Positions 21,081 to 31,455 of a stretch of DNA of 64,000 nucleotides are shown piece by piece. Numbering within the stretch: position 1 is the first letter of the stretch; each line of letters starts with the position of its first letter. Under the pieces are notes generated by a model, which ran no database searches, was not told the origin of the DNA, and saw nothing but the letters and a program-made list of their open reading frames with translations. Source of the DNA: Gammaproteobacteria bacterium (GTDB taxonomy: Bacteria > Pseudomonadota > Gammaproteobacteria > UBA4575). Location of the stretch: NCBI GenBank assembly GCA_965221955.1, contig CBDCTA010000028.1, forward strand, positions 96,001 to 160,000. The letters are read 5' to 3'. The position numbers and the translations under genes are program-made.

Positions 21081-22367
21081 TCATGTGGCTTTATTACACG
21101 ATGAATTAAAATTAGTAATCATTTTAGAAAGAATAATACTTGCCAAAAGCCCAAGCAATGCGAATGCCCCTAGAAACATAAAAAAGTGCTGATGCCCTTC
21201 TAAGCCAGGTGAACCATCAATTAACAAACCCGCCACATATAAAACGAATACATCTGGCGTAAAACCTATAACCGATACTAAGCCTACTGCACTACCTGTC
21301 ACTGCTAGCGACAATTTAGTTTCTTCAAAAATAGCAAAATAAAGACTACGCAAGCCAAAAATAGCAATGCAGGTTAACAACACATTAATTAACAACATCC
21401 ACGTAAAGTTGATATCCGGCGTGATAAAGGCAAAATAGCTGTCTGTACATAAAAGCAGAAAAAAACATATAGATAGCATTTTGGTTGCATGGAATCTATC
21501 CGCTAACAAGCCTATAGCGATAGCAATAATTGGCCGTAACCACGAACCCAGTGTGATCAGTTTGGCTGCTTCTATATCATCATACCCATAGACATCCACC
21601 GCATAGAGGGAATAATTGTCAAACCCTTTATAACCTACGTATGCGCATATTACGATTATTGACTGTAACCATACACTTGATTTAGAAAATACATGTTTAA
21701 TATTGTTTGTTAACTGTGCCAGGAATGGATTTTCTTTTGATATTTTCTGGGCATGAGAAAAATTTCTAAACACTACCCACACATAAATCCCAACTAATGC
21801 CGTGACAAGTGAGTAACCAAAAATAACGGTTCGAAAAACATTTTGTTTTTCGCTGAAGCTTGCTGTGTCGTAACCCACTGGGAAAGAAAGTTGAAACAGT
21901 AAAATACCAAGTGAAGCCAGACTTACCGCTAATAATCCTCTGCCTCCTTCCAATAAACCAAATGCTAAGCCTTGTTCGTTTTCACTACCCCATTCTCTTG
22001 TAGCACGTATCAGCGCTCCCCATAACAACATAATGGTGGAAAGACCAAAAAACCCAAACAACAATACCATTTCAAAATAATTGGGAAAAGTAGACATGTA
22101 TAGTCCACCTAAAGCAGTCATCCATAAAGACAGCGACATCAACTTATAGGCAGGAAATCGATCTGCTAACAAACCTCCTGGAAAGTAAGCAAGCATGGCA
22201 ACAATCCCATAGATTCCCTGTGCAACTCCCAACTGTGTTGCTGTGAGGTTAAACATCTCAAGCATAGTGGGCCTAAAAAAACGGCCCAAATGAAATGGCA
22301 AAGCAAAAATGACTTCGCCGGCTAAGATTAAGCCTAAAATTAGGAAAATTCTTTGCTTAACAATCAA
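21081..22367 (-). CDS. MFS transporter
   Basis: About 12 TM; GLLADRF motif A in both halves. Confidence 0.88.
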   Translation of the reverse strand: MIVKQRIFLILGLILAGEVIFALPFHLGRFFRPTMLEMFNLTATQLGVAQGIYGIVAMLAYFPGGLLADRFPAYKLMSLSLWMTALGGLYMSTFPNYFEMVLLFGFFGLSTIMLLWGALIRATREWGSENEQGLAFGLLEGGRGLLAVSLASLGILLFQLSFPVGYDTASFSEKQNVFRTVIFGYSLVTALVGIYVWVVFRNFSHAQKISKENPFLAQLTNNIKHVFSKSSVWLQSIIVICAYVGYKGFDNYSLYAVDVYGYDDIEAAKLITLGSWLRPIIAIAIGLLADRFHATKMLSICFFLLLCTDSYFAFITPDINFTWMLLINVLLTCIAIFGLRSLYFAIFEETKLSLAVTGSAVGLVSVIGFTPDVFVLYVAGLLIDGSPGLEGHQHFFMFLGAFALLGLLASIILSKMITNFNSSCNKAT

Positions 22368-22373
22368 TAGTAC

Positions 22374-23759
22374 TTACATTACGAAGGAATAGAGCCAACC
22401 AAAAATTGCACATGCAATAATAACTTTAACGATATCTAATTTAAATTTATATAGCGCAATAAATGCCAAAACCCCTACTACAAGCGAGACCCAGTCAAAT
22501 AAGCCTTCAAACCCATTTGGCCATAGCACATGATAAGCAAAAAACATAGCAAGGTTAACAATTACACCCACGACCGCTGCAGTAATACCTAACAAAGGTG
22601 CAGTAAAGTGCAAATCTCCTCGTGTGGCTTCAATCGCTGGACCGCCAATAAAAATAAATAAAAACGAAGGCAGGAATGTAAAAAATGTAACGACACAAGC
22701 TGCAACAATTCCTGCTAAAGGCAATAGTTCTGGACCGAATAACTCTTTCGTCCAACCTCCTACAAAACCTACAAAGGTCACAACCATGATTAACGGCCCA
22801 GGCGTTGTTTCGCCCAAGGCTAACCCATCAATCATTTGTGTTGCAGTAAGCCAACCGAATTGATCTACTCCACCTTGATACACATATGGCAATACCGCAT
22901 ACGCACCACCAAAAGTTACCAATGCGGCTTTGGTAAAAAATACTCCCATTTGAGTCAGTGGATTATCCCAACCAAACTTAAAATAAAGTGCAGCTAAAAC
23001 TGCAACTCCAATCCCTACTCCTATAACAATAAATGTAAGCGACCTCAACCAACTAAACTTTGCATAATCTGGTATAGGTGTATTGTCATCAATGATCGCT
23101 GGCCCATATGAGTCCTGTGCTTCAGTTTTATGTAGCTCCGCATTGAAAGAATCAGGAATAGTTTTGGAACCAATAAAACCTAGAATGCCTGCACCAATTA
23201 CAATTAACGGAAAAGGTACATGAAAATAAAAAATAGCAATGAATGCAATTAAAGCTATCGCACGTAACACATTATTTTTTAAGGCTCGAGAACCAATTCG
23301 GTAGGCAGCGAATAGCACAATCGCTGTTACAGCAGGTTTTACACCATACAATACTCCTGACACAATTTGAGTCTGCCCATATTCTAAATATATCCAAGTA
23401 AGTGCTATAAGAATAAATAACGAGGGCAATACGAATAAACCACCTGCAATCAATCCACCTTTAACACCATGCATCAACCAACCTATATAGGTTGCAAGTT
23501 GTTGAGCCTCGGGACCCGGCAGCACCATAGTGTAATTCAATGCATGCAAAAAACGATGCTCAGATATCCAACGACGTCGCTCCACTAACTCTTGGTGCAT
23601 CATACTAATTTGACCTGCAGGTCCACCAAAGCTTATGAAACCAAGCTTTAGCCAGTATAAAAATGCTTCACTAATTTTAATCTTGGCTGGAATATTTACC
23701 ATTTCAGCTTTTGAATAAGTAGCCATAATGAACGATATATACAGGAAAACTACAGGCAA
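22374..23759 (-). CDS. chrA: Long-chain chromate ion transporter (CHR family); start may be further downstream (e.g. 23702)
   Basis: KLGFISFGGPAGQI, LPGPEAQQL, FGGAYAVL, ETTPGPLI. Confidence 0.9.
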   Translation of the reverse strand: MPVVFLYISFIMATYSKAEMVNIPAKIKISEAFLYWLKLGFISFGGPAGQISMMHQELVERRRWISEHRFLHALNYTMVLPGPEAQQLATYIGWLMHGVKGGLIAGGLFVLPSLFILIALTWIYLEYGQTQIVSGVLYGVKPAVTAIVLFAAYRIGSRALKNNVLRAIALIAFIAIFYFHVPFPLIVIGAGILGFIGSKTIPDSFNAELHKTEAQDSYGPAIIDDNTPIPDYAKFSWLRSLTFIVIGVGIGVAVLAALYFKFGWDNPLTQMGVFFTKAALVTFGGAYAVLPYVYQGGVDQFGWLTATQMIDGLALGETTPGPLIMVVTFVGFVGGWTKELFGPELLPLAGIVAACVVTFFTFLPSFLFIFIGGPAIEATRGDLHFTAPLLGITAAVVGVIVNLAMFFAYHVLWPNGFEGLFDWVSLVVGVLAFIALYKFKLDIVKVIIACAIFGWLYSFVM

Positions 23760-23949
23760 TGTCCGTTTATCTACTTATGCACTCTTCCTATCATGATATT
23801 TATATACATATAAATTAATTTTTAATACTTTAAATGTCACTTGGGAAAGTGTTTGTAGATATTTAGGAATTGCAATCAAAAGCTCGAAACATGAGTACCT
23901 ACTGGTTTCTAAATATTATTAATAATCAAAGATTATTGAAGAAACACTT

Positions 23950-24525
23950 ATGGAAGATCTCATCGAAGAAATTCACTATGACCACATTAAATTTAGCAAG
24001 GTATTAGACATTCTTGCTGAGCAGCTCGAATGCATGCGTGATAACAAATCTGCTGACTATCCTCTAATGCTGGATGCAATAAATTATATCGAAAATTATA
24101 CTGAATTTGCGTTAGCCCCTAAAGAAGATGCAATTTTTAAAAGATCTTCAGAAGATGATAGTTTTGTAGACCTGAGAGGTACAATTAAGCTACTGCGTTC
24201 AGAAAACCGTGAACTGAAAACACTCTCTCGCAAGTTGCACGGCTATATCAATGCAGCATTAGAAAGCTCTATATTTGAAAAAGACAAGTTTGAGCGCAAA
24301 CTTGAAGCTTGCATTAAACGACAACGTGATCACATGCATATGGAGCAAATTATTATCTTTCCTCTTTTAAGGAAAAGATTAAGCGCTAAACAAATCGAAA
24401 AGTTAAGTTCCGATTACAAAGCCAAATCAGATACTAAAATTTCTGAAGATTTTTGCGAAAAATATAACGAACTCTATAAAAGAATTACTCATACAAGCCA
24501 TTCAGACACTAATAGTATTCATTAG
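23950..24525 (+). CDS. Hemerythrin-like domain protein (partly degenerate)
   Basis: DH..F..VL, DY..M, PKEDAIF, HMHMEQ..IFP. Confidence 0.7.
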   Translation: MEDLIEEIHYDHIKFSKVLDILAEQLECMRDNKSADYPLMLDAINYIENYTEFALAPKEDAIFKRSSEDDSFVDLRGTIKLLRSENRELKTLSRKLHGYINAALESSIFEKDKFERKLEACIKRQRDHMHMEQIIIFPLLRKRLSAKQIEKLSSDYKAKSDTKISEDFCEKYNELYKRITHTSHSDTNSIH

Positions 24526-24548
24526 TCTTTCCGCAATATAAAAGCTGC

Positions 24549-25925
24549 CTAGCCATTAGCAATGGAGAGCATTTCTTCACGGCGCGTAAATTTCTCTCGA
24601 GGTTTATTTTTGGGTTCTCCTGCTGCGACTTCTGCTGCATCAATTTTCATCCATTGGCCATAATTGATGTATTGCACACCATTGCCATCCAAAATTTTAT
24701 ACAAAGCTTCTCGACCAGGTTTATTTGCATCTAATTTCGACACATCTTCTAGCAACATATCTACTGACTCCACTGCGCATGCGCGGTTGGTACCTATAAT
24801 TCCAGAAGGACCACGCTTAATCCAACCTGCTGTATATAAACCTGGCACCACATCCCCTCCATGTTCAGTCGTAATACGTCCATTTTCATTAGGGATGGTG
24901 CCCCAACGATCATAGAAAGGTACACCTGGAATAGGCACACCATTGTAGCCAATACTGCGGAATAAAATTCCGCAGTCAATTTCCATGGTTTCACCAATTC
25001 CTTTACAAGATTGTTTAAATGGCTCTCCATCAAGAGTATTAATTTCAAATACAACTTTCTCTAAGCGACCATCACCTTCCAATCGAATAGGGCTTTTTAG
25101 AAACGTAGAAATACAGGTACGCGGCTTTCCTGTGTCTTCAGATTCTGCAAACTTTTGAAAGATTTCGACATTCTTTTTATTCCCACGCCCTTCTTTCATT
25201 TCCAGTTCTTGCAAACTCGTCTCGTTCAGCTCTAATTCCTTAGGATCAATATAGGCACGACAGTTTTCAATTTCTAAGAATTCTTTTAATTCTTTAGAAG
25301 CAAATTTGGCTTGCGCTGGACCTCGTCGCCCAACCACATAAATCGTTTTAATTTTACTCTCAGCTAATGCATCCAGTGCATGTTGCGAGATATCAGTATG
25401 TTTCAATTCGTCTACAGACTTCGCCAGAATTCGTGACACATCTGCTGCAACATTCCCTTGACCAATCACAATTGCAGTTTCGTGTGAAAGATCAAATGTA
25501 CGGTCCCGGTAATCTGGATGTCCGTTATACCAACCTACAAACTCTGTTGCCGTGTAACTACCTAATAAATCTTCGCCAGGTACGCCTAACTTACGATCGG
25601 TTTCAGCACCACAGGTATAAATTACGGCATGGTGTGTTTCTTGTAATTCTTCTGCCTTAATATCCTTACCTACCGTTACATTGCCGACAAAATTAAACTC
25701 AGGATTTTGTGCGATTTTCTTATATACTTCGATCGCCTGCTTGAGTTTTGGATGATCAGGAGCCACACCACTGCGCACCAGACCAAATGGTGCAGGCAAC
25801 CTTTCAATCAAATCGATTTCAACATTGAGGTCAGACTTAATTAATGCTTCGGTTGCATAGAAACCACTTGGACCACTTCCAACAATGGCTACACGTAATG
25901 GGTTACTTTCGCTTCCAAGACTCAT
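24549..25925 (-). CDS. Ferredoxin--NADP+ reductase, FprA/adrenodoxin-reductase type
   Basis: VGSGPSGFY, FGLVRSGVAPDH, FVGWYNGHP, IGQGNVAADV, GRRGP, GWIKRGPSG.IGTN, PREK. Confidence 0.92.
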   Translation of the reverse strand: MSLGSESNPLRVAIVGSGPSGFYATEALIKSDLNVEIDLIERLPAPFGLVRSGVAPDHPKLKQAIEVYKKIAQNPEFNFVGNVTVGKDIKAEELQETHHAVIYTCGAETDRKLGVPGEDLLGSYTATEFVGWYNGHPDYRDRTFDLSHETAIVIGQGNVAADVSRILAKSVDELKHTDISQHALDALAESKIKTIYVVGRRGPAQAKFASKELKEFLEIENCRAYIDPKELELNETSLQELEMKEGRGNKKNVEIFQKFAESEDTGKPRTCISTFLKSPIRLEGDGRLEKVVFEINTLDGEPFKQSCKGIGETMEIDCGILFRSIGYNGVPIPGVPFYDRWGTIPNENGRITTEHGGDVVPGLYTAGWIKRGPSGIIGTNRACAVESVDMLLEDVSKLDANKPGREALYKILDGNGVQYINYGQWMKIDAAEVAAGEPKNKPREKFTRREEMLSIANG

Positions 25926-25970
25926 TCAAAACTCCTCATCATTAATCTATTTCTTATATTTATTTACTAC

Positions 25971-26000
25971 AAACAAAACGCACAGGAAATTGCTGTGCGT
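25971..26000 (-). terminator. Hairpin between ferredoxin and FNR genes (terminator or mRNA stabiliser)
   Basis: ACGCACAG-caatttc-CTGTGCGT then TTTGTTT on the minus strand. Confidence 0.5.
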
Positions 26001-26020
26001 AATTAAAGTCTATATATTTT

Positions 26021-26152
26021 CTAGCAAAAGTTCTGATTTTTTCTGAGACGAGACAAAAAATGTTGCAAAAAACGGAGCTTACTAATCAGTAAATGAGTAT
26101 TTTTAAAACATTTTTTAACGAAGTATTCAGAACAAATCAGAGATTCTTGAGC
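26021..26152. repeat. ~130-bp nested palindromic element (RPE/MITE-like), copy 1
   Basis: TCTGATTT.TTCTGA/TCAGAA.AAATCAGA and AAAAAATGTT/AACATTTTTT arms; core GGAGCTTAC..GTAAATGAG; AACGAAGTA. Confidence 0.65.
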
Positions 26153-26153
26153 T

Positions 26154-26459
26154 TTAGAATCCTAATTCTGATTTGCGATCTTCAGCACCAGGCAATGGAT
26201 CCATGGGCTCTTCAATTAAAGGCAGGTCACCGCATTTTTCAGCGTTGATTTCAACCCAGCCTTCTTGGCCTTCAGGAATGTCATCTTCTTCATAAATAGC
26301 CTCTACTGGACATTCTGGAATACATGCACTGCAATCAATACAAACCTCAGGGTCGATATAAAGCATTTCATCATCGTAGTGAAAACACGCAACTGGACAA
26401 ACCGAAACACAATCTGTGAATCGACAGCCCTTACAATTTTCAGTTACAACTGTAGTCAT
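26154..26459 (-). CDS. Two-cluster ferredoxin (FdxA-like)
   Basis: GGAGA RBS before ATG 26459; CKGCRFTDCVSVCP and CIDCSACIPECP; acidic. Confidence 0.92.
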   Translation of the reverse strand: MTTVVTENCKGCRFTDCVSVCPVACFHYDDEMLYIDPEVCIDCSACIPECPVEAIYEEDDIPEGQEGWVEINAEKCGDLPLIEEPMDPLPGAEDRKSELGF

Positions 26460-26546
26460 TAGTTTGTCTCCTATATTATTAAGATAATTTAACCACAAAT
26501 ATAGAAAACGCGATGAGTGTTCCGAAGCAAGTGATGTTTTCGAGTA

Positions 26547-27365
26547 TTATTTTGAAAACAATAAAACCTCGCCACGATTGAGTTCAATCCCGTCTCCGCT
26601 ATAACGTTTGTAGATACCATTTAGGTGTTTATCTTGAATTTTCCTCTTGAAGCCATGGTCTTGCAACTTCCTAAGATAAAATCTTAAAAATAGTGGGCGA
26701 TATGTGCACGCATACTCGAAGCTAGGTAACATCTGCGCATCTTCTAATGATGCAATAGTGCCACGTTTCATACCTGCACCCGTTCGAATACCTAATTCAC
26801 CCAAAACAATAATCGAACCTGCCAACATATTTACACCTGTGAAATCACCTGCGTTTCCACCAATCGCAATAAAACCACGGCGCATGGCACTACCAATCTC
26901 GTTTTTTGCATCGCCATGAATAAATATTTCTCCACCTGTAATACCTACGGTATGACCTCTGTATGCAGCTCCAACCATGTGGCCAGCATTCTTTTTAACA
27001 ACAATACGACCACCCGACATTTCAGGGCCCACCCAATCTCCAGCATTACCTTCTACGACAATTTCTCCACCTGACATTCCTAATCCAAGGTGCATGCCTA
27101 CATCACCTTCAATGATGATTTTGCCCTCTGACATACCGGCACCAATCATTTTTACATTGGATAAATCGCCCTCGAGTAAAATTTCAGAATTGCCTTTACC
27201 TGTTACTGTAAAGAAATCGCCTAAATTTGCTTTTACATTGCCATGCATTACAGGTAAATGCTCAATACCTGATTGTGATAGACCAGATAGTGTTGCCGTG
27301 TTAAGCACTTCAGCTTCCAACGGTACATCTGGTTGAGTGTGCAATTTTAAATGCGCTGTAGACAT
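26547..27365 (-). CDS. fwdC: Formylmethanofuran dehydrogenase subunit C
   Basis: VPLEAE, GXGXG beta-helix repeats (G..MSGG.I.V.GNAG), GAGMKRGTI. Confidence 0.9.
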   Translation of the reverse strand: MSTAHLKLHTQPDVPLEAEVLNTATLSGLSQSGIEHLPVMHGNVKANLGDFFTVTGKGNSEILLEGDLSNVKMIGAGMSEGKIIIEGDVGMHLGLGMSGGEIVVEGNAGDWVGPEMSGGRIVVKKNAGHMVGAAYRGHTVGITGGEIFIHGDAKNEIGSAMRRGFIAIGGNAGDFTGVNMLAGSIIVLGELGIRTGAGMKRGTIASLEDAQMLPSFEYACTYRPLFLRFYLRKLQDHGFKRKIQDKHLNGIYKRYSGDGIELNRGEVLLFSK

Positions 27366-27418
27366 AATATGTTACTTTATATCTGACTTATTTCTTGTTG
27401 TATTTAATGTAAAAAAAT

Positions 27419-28309
27419 TTATCCAACTAATTCATTTAAGTGGAATTTATACTTACCTAGCTCTCCACCGTAATTACCTGCCGAAATCATTGTGGCACCT
27501 TTTTCTGCTGCCGCCTTTATACCTCGTCGCATGGCTTCTTTAACGGCATCTTCAGTGAGACCATCGATCACGATCTCATAAATGGCTTCGACATTTTCAG
27601 GCACAACTGTATTATTACTAATTGATCGAAGCGTTGGACAATATGCGTCATTTGTTGATGCAATCATGCCTTTATATTTTGCACCGATTTTACTTCCCGA
27701 TCGCACGACCCCCTGCGGGAAAGGCAAAAATACGCCACCCACTTCACGCATTGCATGAGTTGCTGCAATCGACGCGCGTAATGCGATGCCTCTTGTTGAA
27801 CCAAATATAATTAAATTACCCCCGCCTACTGCGGGTTTAATTCCGAATTGATCATCAATGAGAAACTCACCTGACATTACAGGAATCCGCCACAAGCGAA
27901 TGTCATCAATAAGCTTACTAATTTGATAACCATCACCAAAGAAACGTAATTTACCACCAACAGAAACAGAATCTTCAGATTCCAAACCGTTGTAACAGGC
28001 TGATGTCGGACAAGTCATCACACACTGACCGATACGATCAATTAATTGACCTGCAATGGTTTTAGAACTCATAGTGAATAACAACACGCTTATTCCAGGA
28101 CGACCATCTGGTGTATCTGATTCAGGTATTTCACACTCCACTGCAGCTTCTAATTTGCAACGAATTACAGATGTAGCAAACCCTGTCATAGAAGCCGCCG
28201 CCGCACGCGCCCATTGTTTCGTATCAGCAGTGATAATCACTCGCGAGCCACACATTTCAAATGCTTCTGCAAATGTATCTACAATTTCAGTTTTACCAAT
28301 TTTCATCAT
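27419..28309 (-). CDS. ftr: Formylmethanofuran--H4MPT formyltransferase
   Basis: DTFAEAF, TGFATSVI, TPDGRPG, RIGQCVMTCPT, RSGSK, AGNYGG.LG. Confidence 0.93.
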   Translation of the reverse strand: MMKIGKTEIVDTFAEAFEMCGSRVIITADTKQWARAAAASMTGFATSVIRCKLEAAVECEIPESDTPDGRPGISVLLFTMSSKTIAGQLIDRIGQCVMTCPTSACYNGLESEDSVSVGGKLRFFGDGYQISKLIDDIRLWRIPVMSGEFLIDDQFGIKPAVGGGNLIIFGSTRGIALRASIAATHAMREVGGVFLPFPQGVVRSGSKIGAKYKGMIASTNDAYCPTLRSISNNTVVPENVEAIYEIVIDGLTEDAVKEAMRRGIKAAAEKGATMISAGNYGGELGKYKFHLNELVG

Positions 28310-28322
28310 GTTGATAACTAAA

Positions 28323-29969
28323 CTAAGCTTTAGGGTTTACAGGAACCACTTCATGTTTGTGTAAATATTCTTCACCAATTGCATAGTTGCTAAACTTAAC
28401 CGAATAATAATCTTCAAAGAATGGCTCAATTTCACCCGCAATATCTTCGTTATAACCTGGTTTAGAATGCAGTAGTTTGCCCTTATGGTCTGTTGCAAAT
28501 TCATGATCTTTAATTACCGTTACACCATCTTTGATGACATAACGTGGTGCATTAAACATCGCTTCTTTATCATCTTCTTCAGTGTAGATTGTAATGTCCG
28601 CATCAGCGCCGTTTCCAAGATGACCTTTATTCGCCAACCCCAAGGCTCTTGCAGGGCCAGCACGAGTAATAATGGCAATTTCATTTAAAGTATATTCACG
28701 ATCTAAGTCACGCAAACTAGATTGGTCAATTGCTTTTTGATTTACATGTTTCAGTGCTTCTTTTCTATAACCACTATCCATTAATAACTTAATCAGTTTT
28801 GGATAACTCATAAATGAACCACCATTTGGATGATCTGTTGATAGCAAAACACGCCATGGGTCTTTTGAATGCAGAAACAATTCTAAACCCATTGCCCATT
28901 GCAAGGCGTGGGTGTACACACTTTCTTGATAAGAAAACGGAATAATTCCACACCCACTTTCACATTCTGTATCAGCATTTACCCACTTCGCAGGTTTTAC
29001 GTTTCTTAACATCCACGCCAAGGGGGCATCTGCAGTCATTGCAGTCGCTTTACCAAACATGACCTGACCCACATCACAGGTGATGTTTTCGTTATCATTT
29101 ACGTAATCAATTATATCTTTTACACCAGACTTGGCGTTTTTATTTAACTCTCCCCCAAAACTATGAAACTGGATATGCGCCATGTGTACTCGACGACCTT
29201 GTGCAGCTTTCATCGTGTCCAGCGTGGTACTGATGTTTCCGCTGTGACCCAAATTATTACAATGCACGTGTGGCGGATGAGGCAATCCTAATTCATGCGC
29301 AGCTTCAATAAAGCTTTCGATAACATGATTTGGCGTGATATCGTAGTGATCGATTTTCTCATTAACGTTGGTAATATTTGCATTTTTACGTCCCTTCCAT
29401 AATTCATCACTACCCACGTTTACTAGCTTAAGTGTGTGTGCATGCACGGAATTAATCCACCATGCAATTGCTTCTTTAAATTCGTTCTTGCGACCTTCTT
29501 TAAGTAGTTTATATAAAAATGCATTATTCCCAAGCAACACATAGAAACCTTTATCAATAACTGGTGTGTCATCTAATTCTTCTAAGGTATGTCTTGCAGA
29601 TATCGGTGGAACTGCTGCTTCCATTGCTGTGGTGTATCCCATGGTGGCATATCGATACCCAGTCGCAAAAGTAGAAGGCACAATACCTCCTGTTCCGGAA
29701 CGTGTAATCGCAGTTTTTGGATGCACATCTAAACGATGATCTTCAGGTTGAAGTTTTCGTGCTAGATTTACTTTTGCACCTGCAATATGACAATGAATAT
29801 CTACTGCGCCTGGCATAATCACCATGCCATGTGCATCTATTTTAGTTGCTGAACCCGAAACTGAATCAACGACCTTGCCGTCTTTTACACAGACGTCTTG
29901 AACTTTACCATCGATATTGTTTGCAGGATCGTATACACGACCATTTACAATTCTTAACTCTGAAGACAT
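28323..29969 (-). CDS. fwdA: Formylmethanofuran dehydrogenase subunit A (binuclear amidohydrolase)
   Basis: VYDPAN, DIHCH, GY.YA.MGYT, LKLVN, HVHCNNLG, HIQFHS, TDHPNGG. Confidence 0.93.
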   Translation of the reverse strand: MSSELRIVNGRVYDPANNIDGKVQDVCVKDGKVVDSVSGSATKIDAHGMVIMPGAVDIHCHIAGAKVNLARKLQPEDHRLDVHPKTAITRSGTGGIVPSTFATGYRYATMGYTTAMEAAVPPISARHTLEELDDTPVIDKGFYVLLGNNAFLYKLLKEGRKNEFKEAIAWWINSVHAHTLKLVNVGSDELWKGRKNANITNVNEKIDHYDITPNHVIESFIEAAHELGLPHPPHVHCNNLGHSGNISTTLDTMKAAQGRRVHMAHIQFHSFGGELNKNAKSGVKDIIDYVNDNENITCDVGQVMFGKATAMTADAPLAWMLRNVKPAKWVNADTECESGCGIIPFSYQESVYTHALQWAMGLELFLHSKDPWRVLLSTDHPNGGSFMSYPKLIKLLMDSGYRKEALKHVNQKAIDQSSLRDLDREYTLNEIAIITRAGPARALGLANKGHLGNGADADITIYTEEDDKEAMFNAPRYVIKDGVTVIKDHEFATDHKGKLLHSKPGYNEDIAGEIEPFFEDYYSVKFSNYAIGEEYLHKHEVVPVNPKA

Positions 29970-30050
29970 ATATTTTAGTTGTTATTTTTTACAACAACTC
30001 CATCGCTGCAGTTGCTCTAAATTTATTAATTATGTTATCCGTTTTAAAAT

Positions 30051-31424
30051 TTACGCAGCAACGCGTGCTTTACTTCCCTTAAGCTTTTCTTTAACGCGTT
30101 TGCGAATCGCCTCTAATACTTCTTGGTCGGATGGATAGGTCGATTCAAATGCAGGGCGCAAAGAAATCGGCACATCATCCATTCTATAAACTGTACCACC
30201 TGTGTTAATGCCATAAGTTGAAACTGCAAAACGCACTTTAGCAATACTACTTGTCACTGTGTCTTTTGTATCTAATGAAATAATTGGAATTTTCTTCATA
30301 TGTTCAATTGCAGCTTTAGGAAAATTTGACGCAGGATCAGAAGCAATAATCATCGCCGCATCCGCCTCTCCACGTGAAAGCAAATCAGTCGTTGTAAATT
30401 CACCTGGATTAAAACGAGGGTAGCCGCGATTGAAATTCACACCAAAAGGATATCCTGTTTGCCAAGACACAACATTATCAGCTCCTGTCACATTACCATG
30501 GCCACGTACAGGTTTAGCTACGAAGTGAGTAAATTCATTTAAATCTGCCGCTAATGACAATAACGCTCCCGAATTAAAATGCCGCCCTCTCGTCATCGTT
30601 AAACCCATACCAAAAAACAACACGCCAAATTGGCAGTTCTTCATGCGATCAACTAAGTCATCTAATACATCTCGTGATACGCCTGTTTGTTCTTCAATGT
30701 CGTTACTAATCTTTTTACCTTTAACCAACGCACGCAACGCCCATAGTACTTCAAAGTCTTTACCAGGTTTAAGTTTTACAAAGATATCCGCTACAGGCGC
30801 ACTTGGTGTTTTACGCACATCAAATAACACTACAGTACGATCTTTTTTCCCATTTGGAATGTACATACCTTTTGGTGTTACCGCATAACGTGTGAAATGT
30901 CGTGGATGTGATTCAGCTGGATTACCACCCCAGTAGATAATTAAATCTGCACGGTTCTTAACTTCACCTAATGTTGCAGTACTCTCCCCTACTCCTTGGA
31001 AGGCCATACCCGATGGACCGTGACAAACTGACGTTGTGGTATCAATGTTCCCGTTTATCGTATCCATGATATCTACGGTGACACGTTGTGCTTCACAAGT
31101 TGAATCACTCATTCCATACGTGATTGGAAACTTTGCATCAACTAAGATCTTTGCTGCTGCTTCAACACCTTCTTCAAAACTGGCTTTTTTACCATCAATT
31201 AACACTTCTGGGCGCGTATCTAAAGTGTGTTCGTAAAACCAGGCACGGCCTAAAACACACGCTTTTTTAGCTTTGGTAATTTTATGTTGATCTAGATCGA
31301 CTGTGAGTTCCATATCGTCACAAACACAACCACAAAAGGTGCACGTTGCGTCTTTAACGATTTTAATATTTTTATTTTCTTCTTTGGTTTTTACGGGTGC
31401 TTTTGCAGGCGCTGTTTCACTCAT
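30051..31424 (-). CDS. fwdB: Formylmethanofuran dehydrogenase subunit B with intact Fe-S and Mo/W-pterin motifs
   Basis: CTFCGCVCDD..AC, TTSVCHGP, TLGEVKNRAD, WGGNPAESHPRH..RY, RGHGNV, YRMDDVP. Confidence 0.92.
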   Translation of the reverse strand: MSETAPAKAPVKTKEENKNIKIVKDATCTFCGCVCDDMELTVDLDQHKITKAKKACVLGRAWFYEHTLDTRPEVLIDGKKASFEEGVEAAAKILVDAKFPITYGMSDSTCEAQRVTVDIMDTINGNIDTTTSVCHGPSGMAFQGVGESTATLGEVKNRADLIIYWGGNPAESHPRHFTRYAVTPKGMYIPNGKKDRTVVLFDVRKTPSAPVADIFVKLKPGKDFEVLWALRALVKGKKISNDIEEQTGVSRDVLDDLVDRMKNCQFGVLFFGMGLTMTRGRHFNSGALLSLAADLNEFTHFVAKPVRGHGNVTGADNVVSWQTGYPFGVNFNRGYPRFNPGEFTTTDLLSRGEADAAMIIASDPASNFPKAAIEHMKKIPIISLDTKDTVTSSIAKVRFAVSTYGINTGGTVYRMDDVPISLRPAFESTYPSDQEVLEAIRKRVKEKLKGSKARVAA

Positions 31425-31455
31425 AACAAATATTCCAAATAATTAAGTAATAAAT

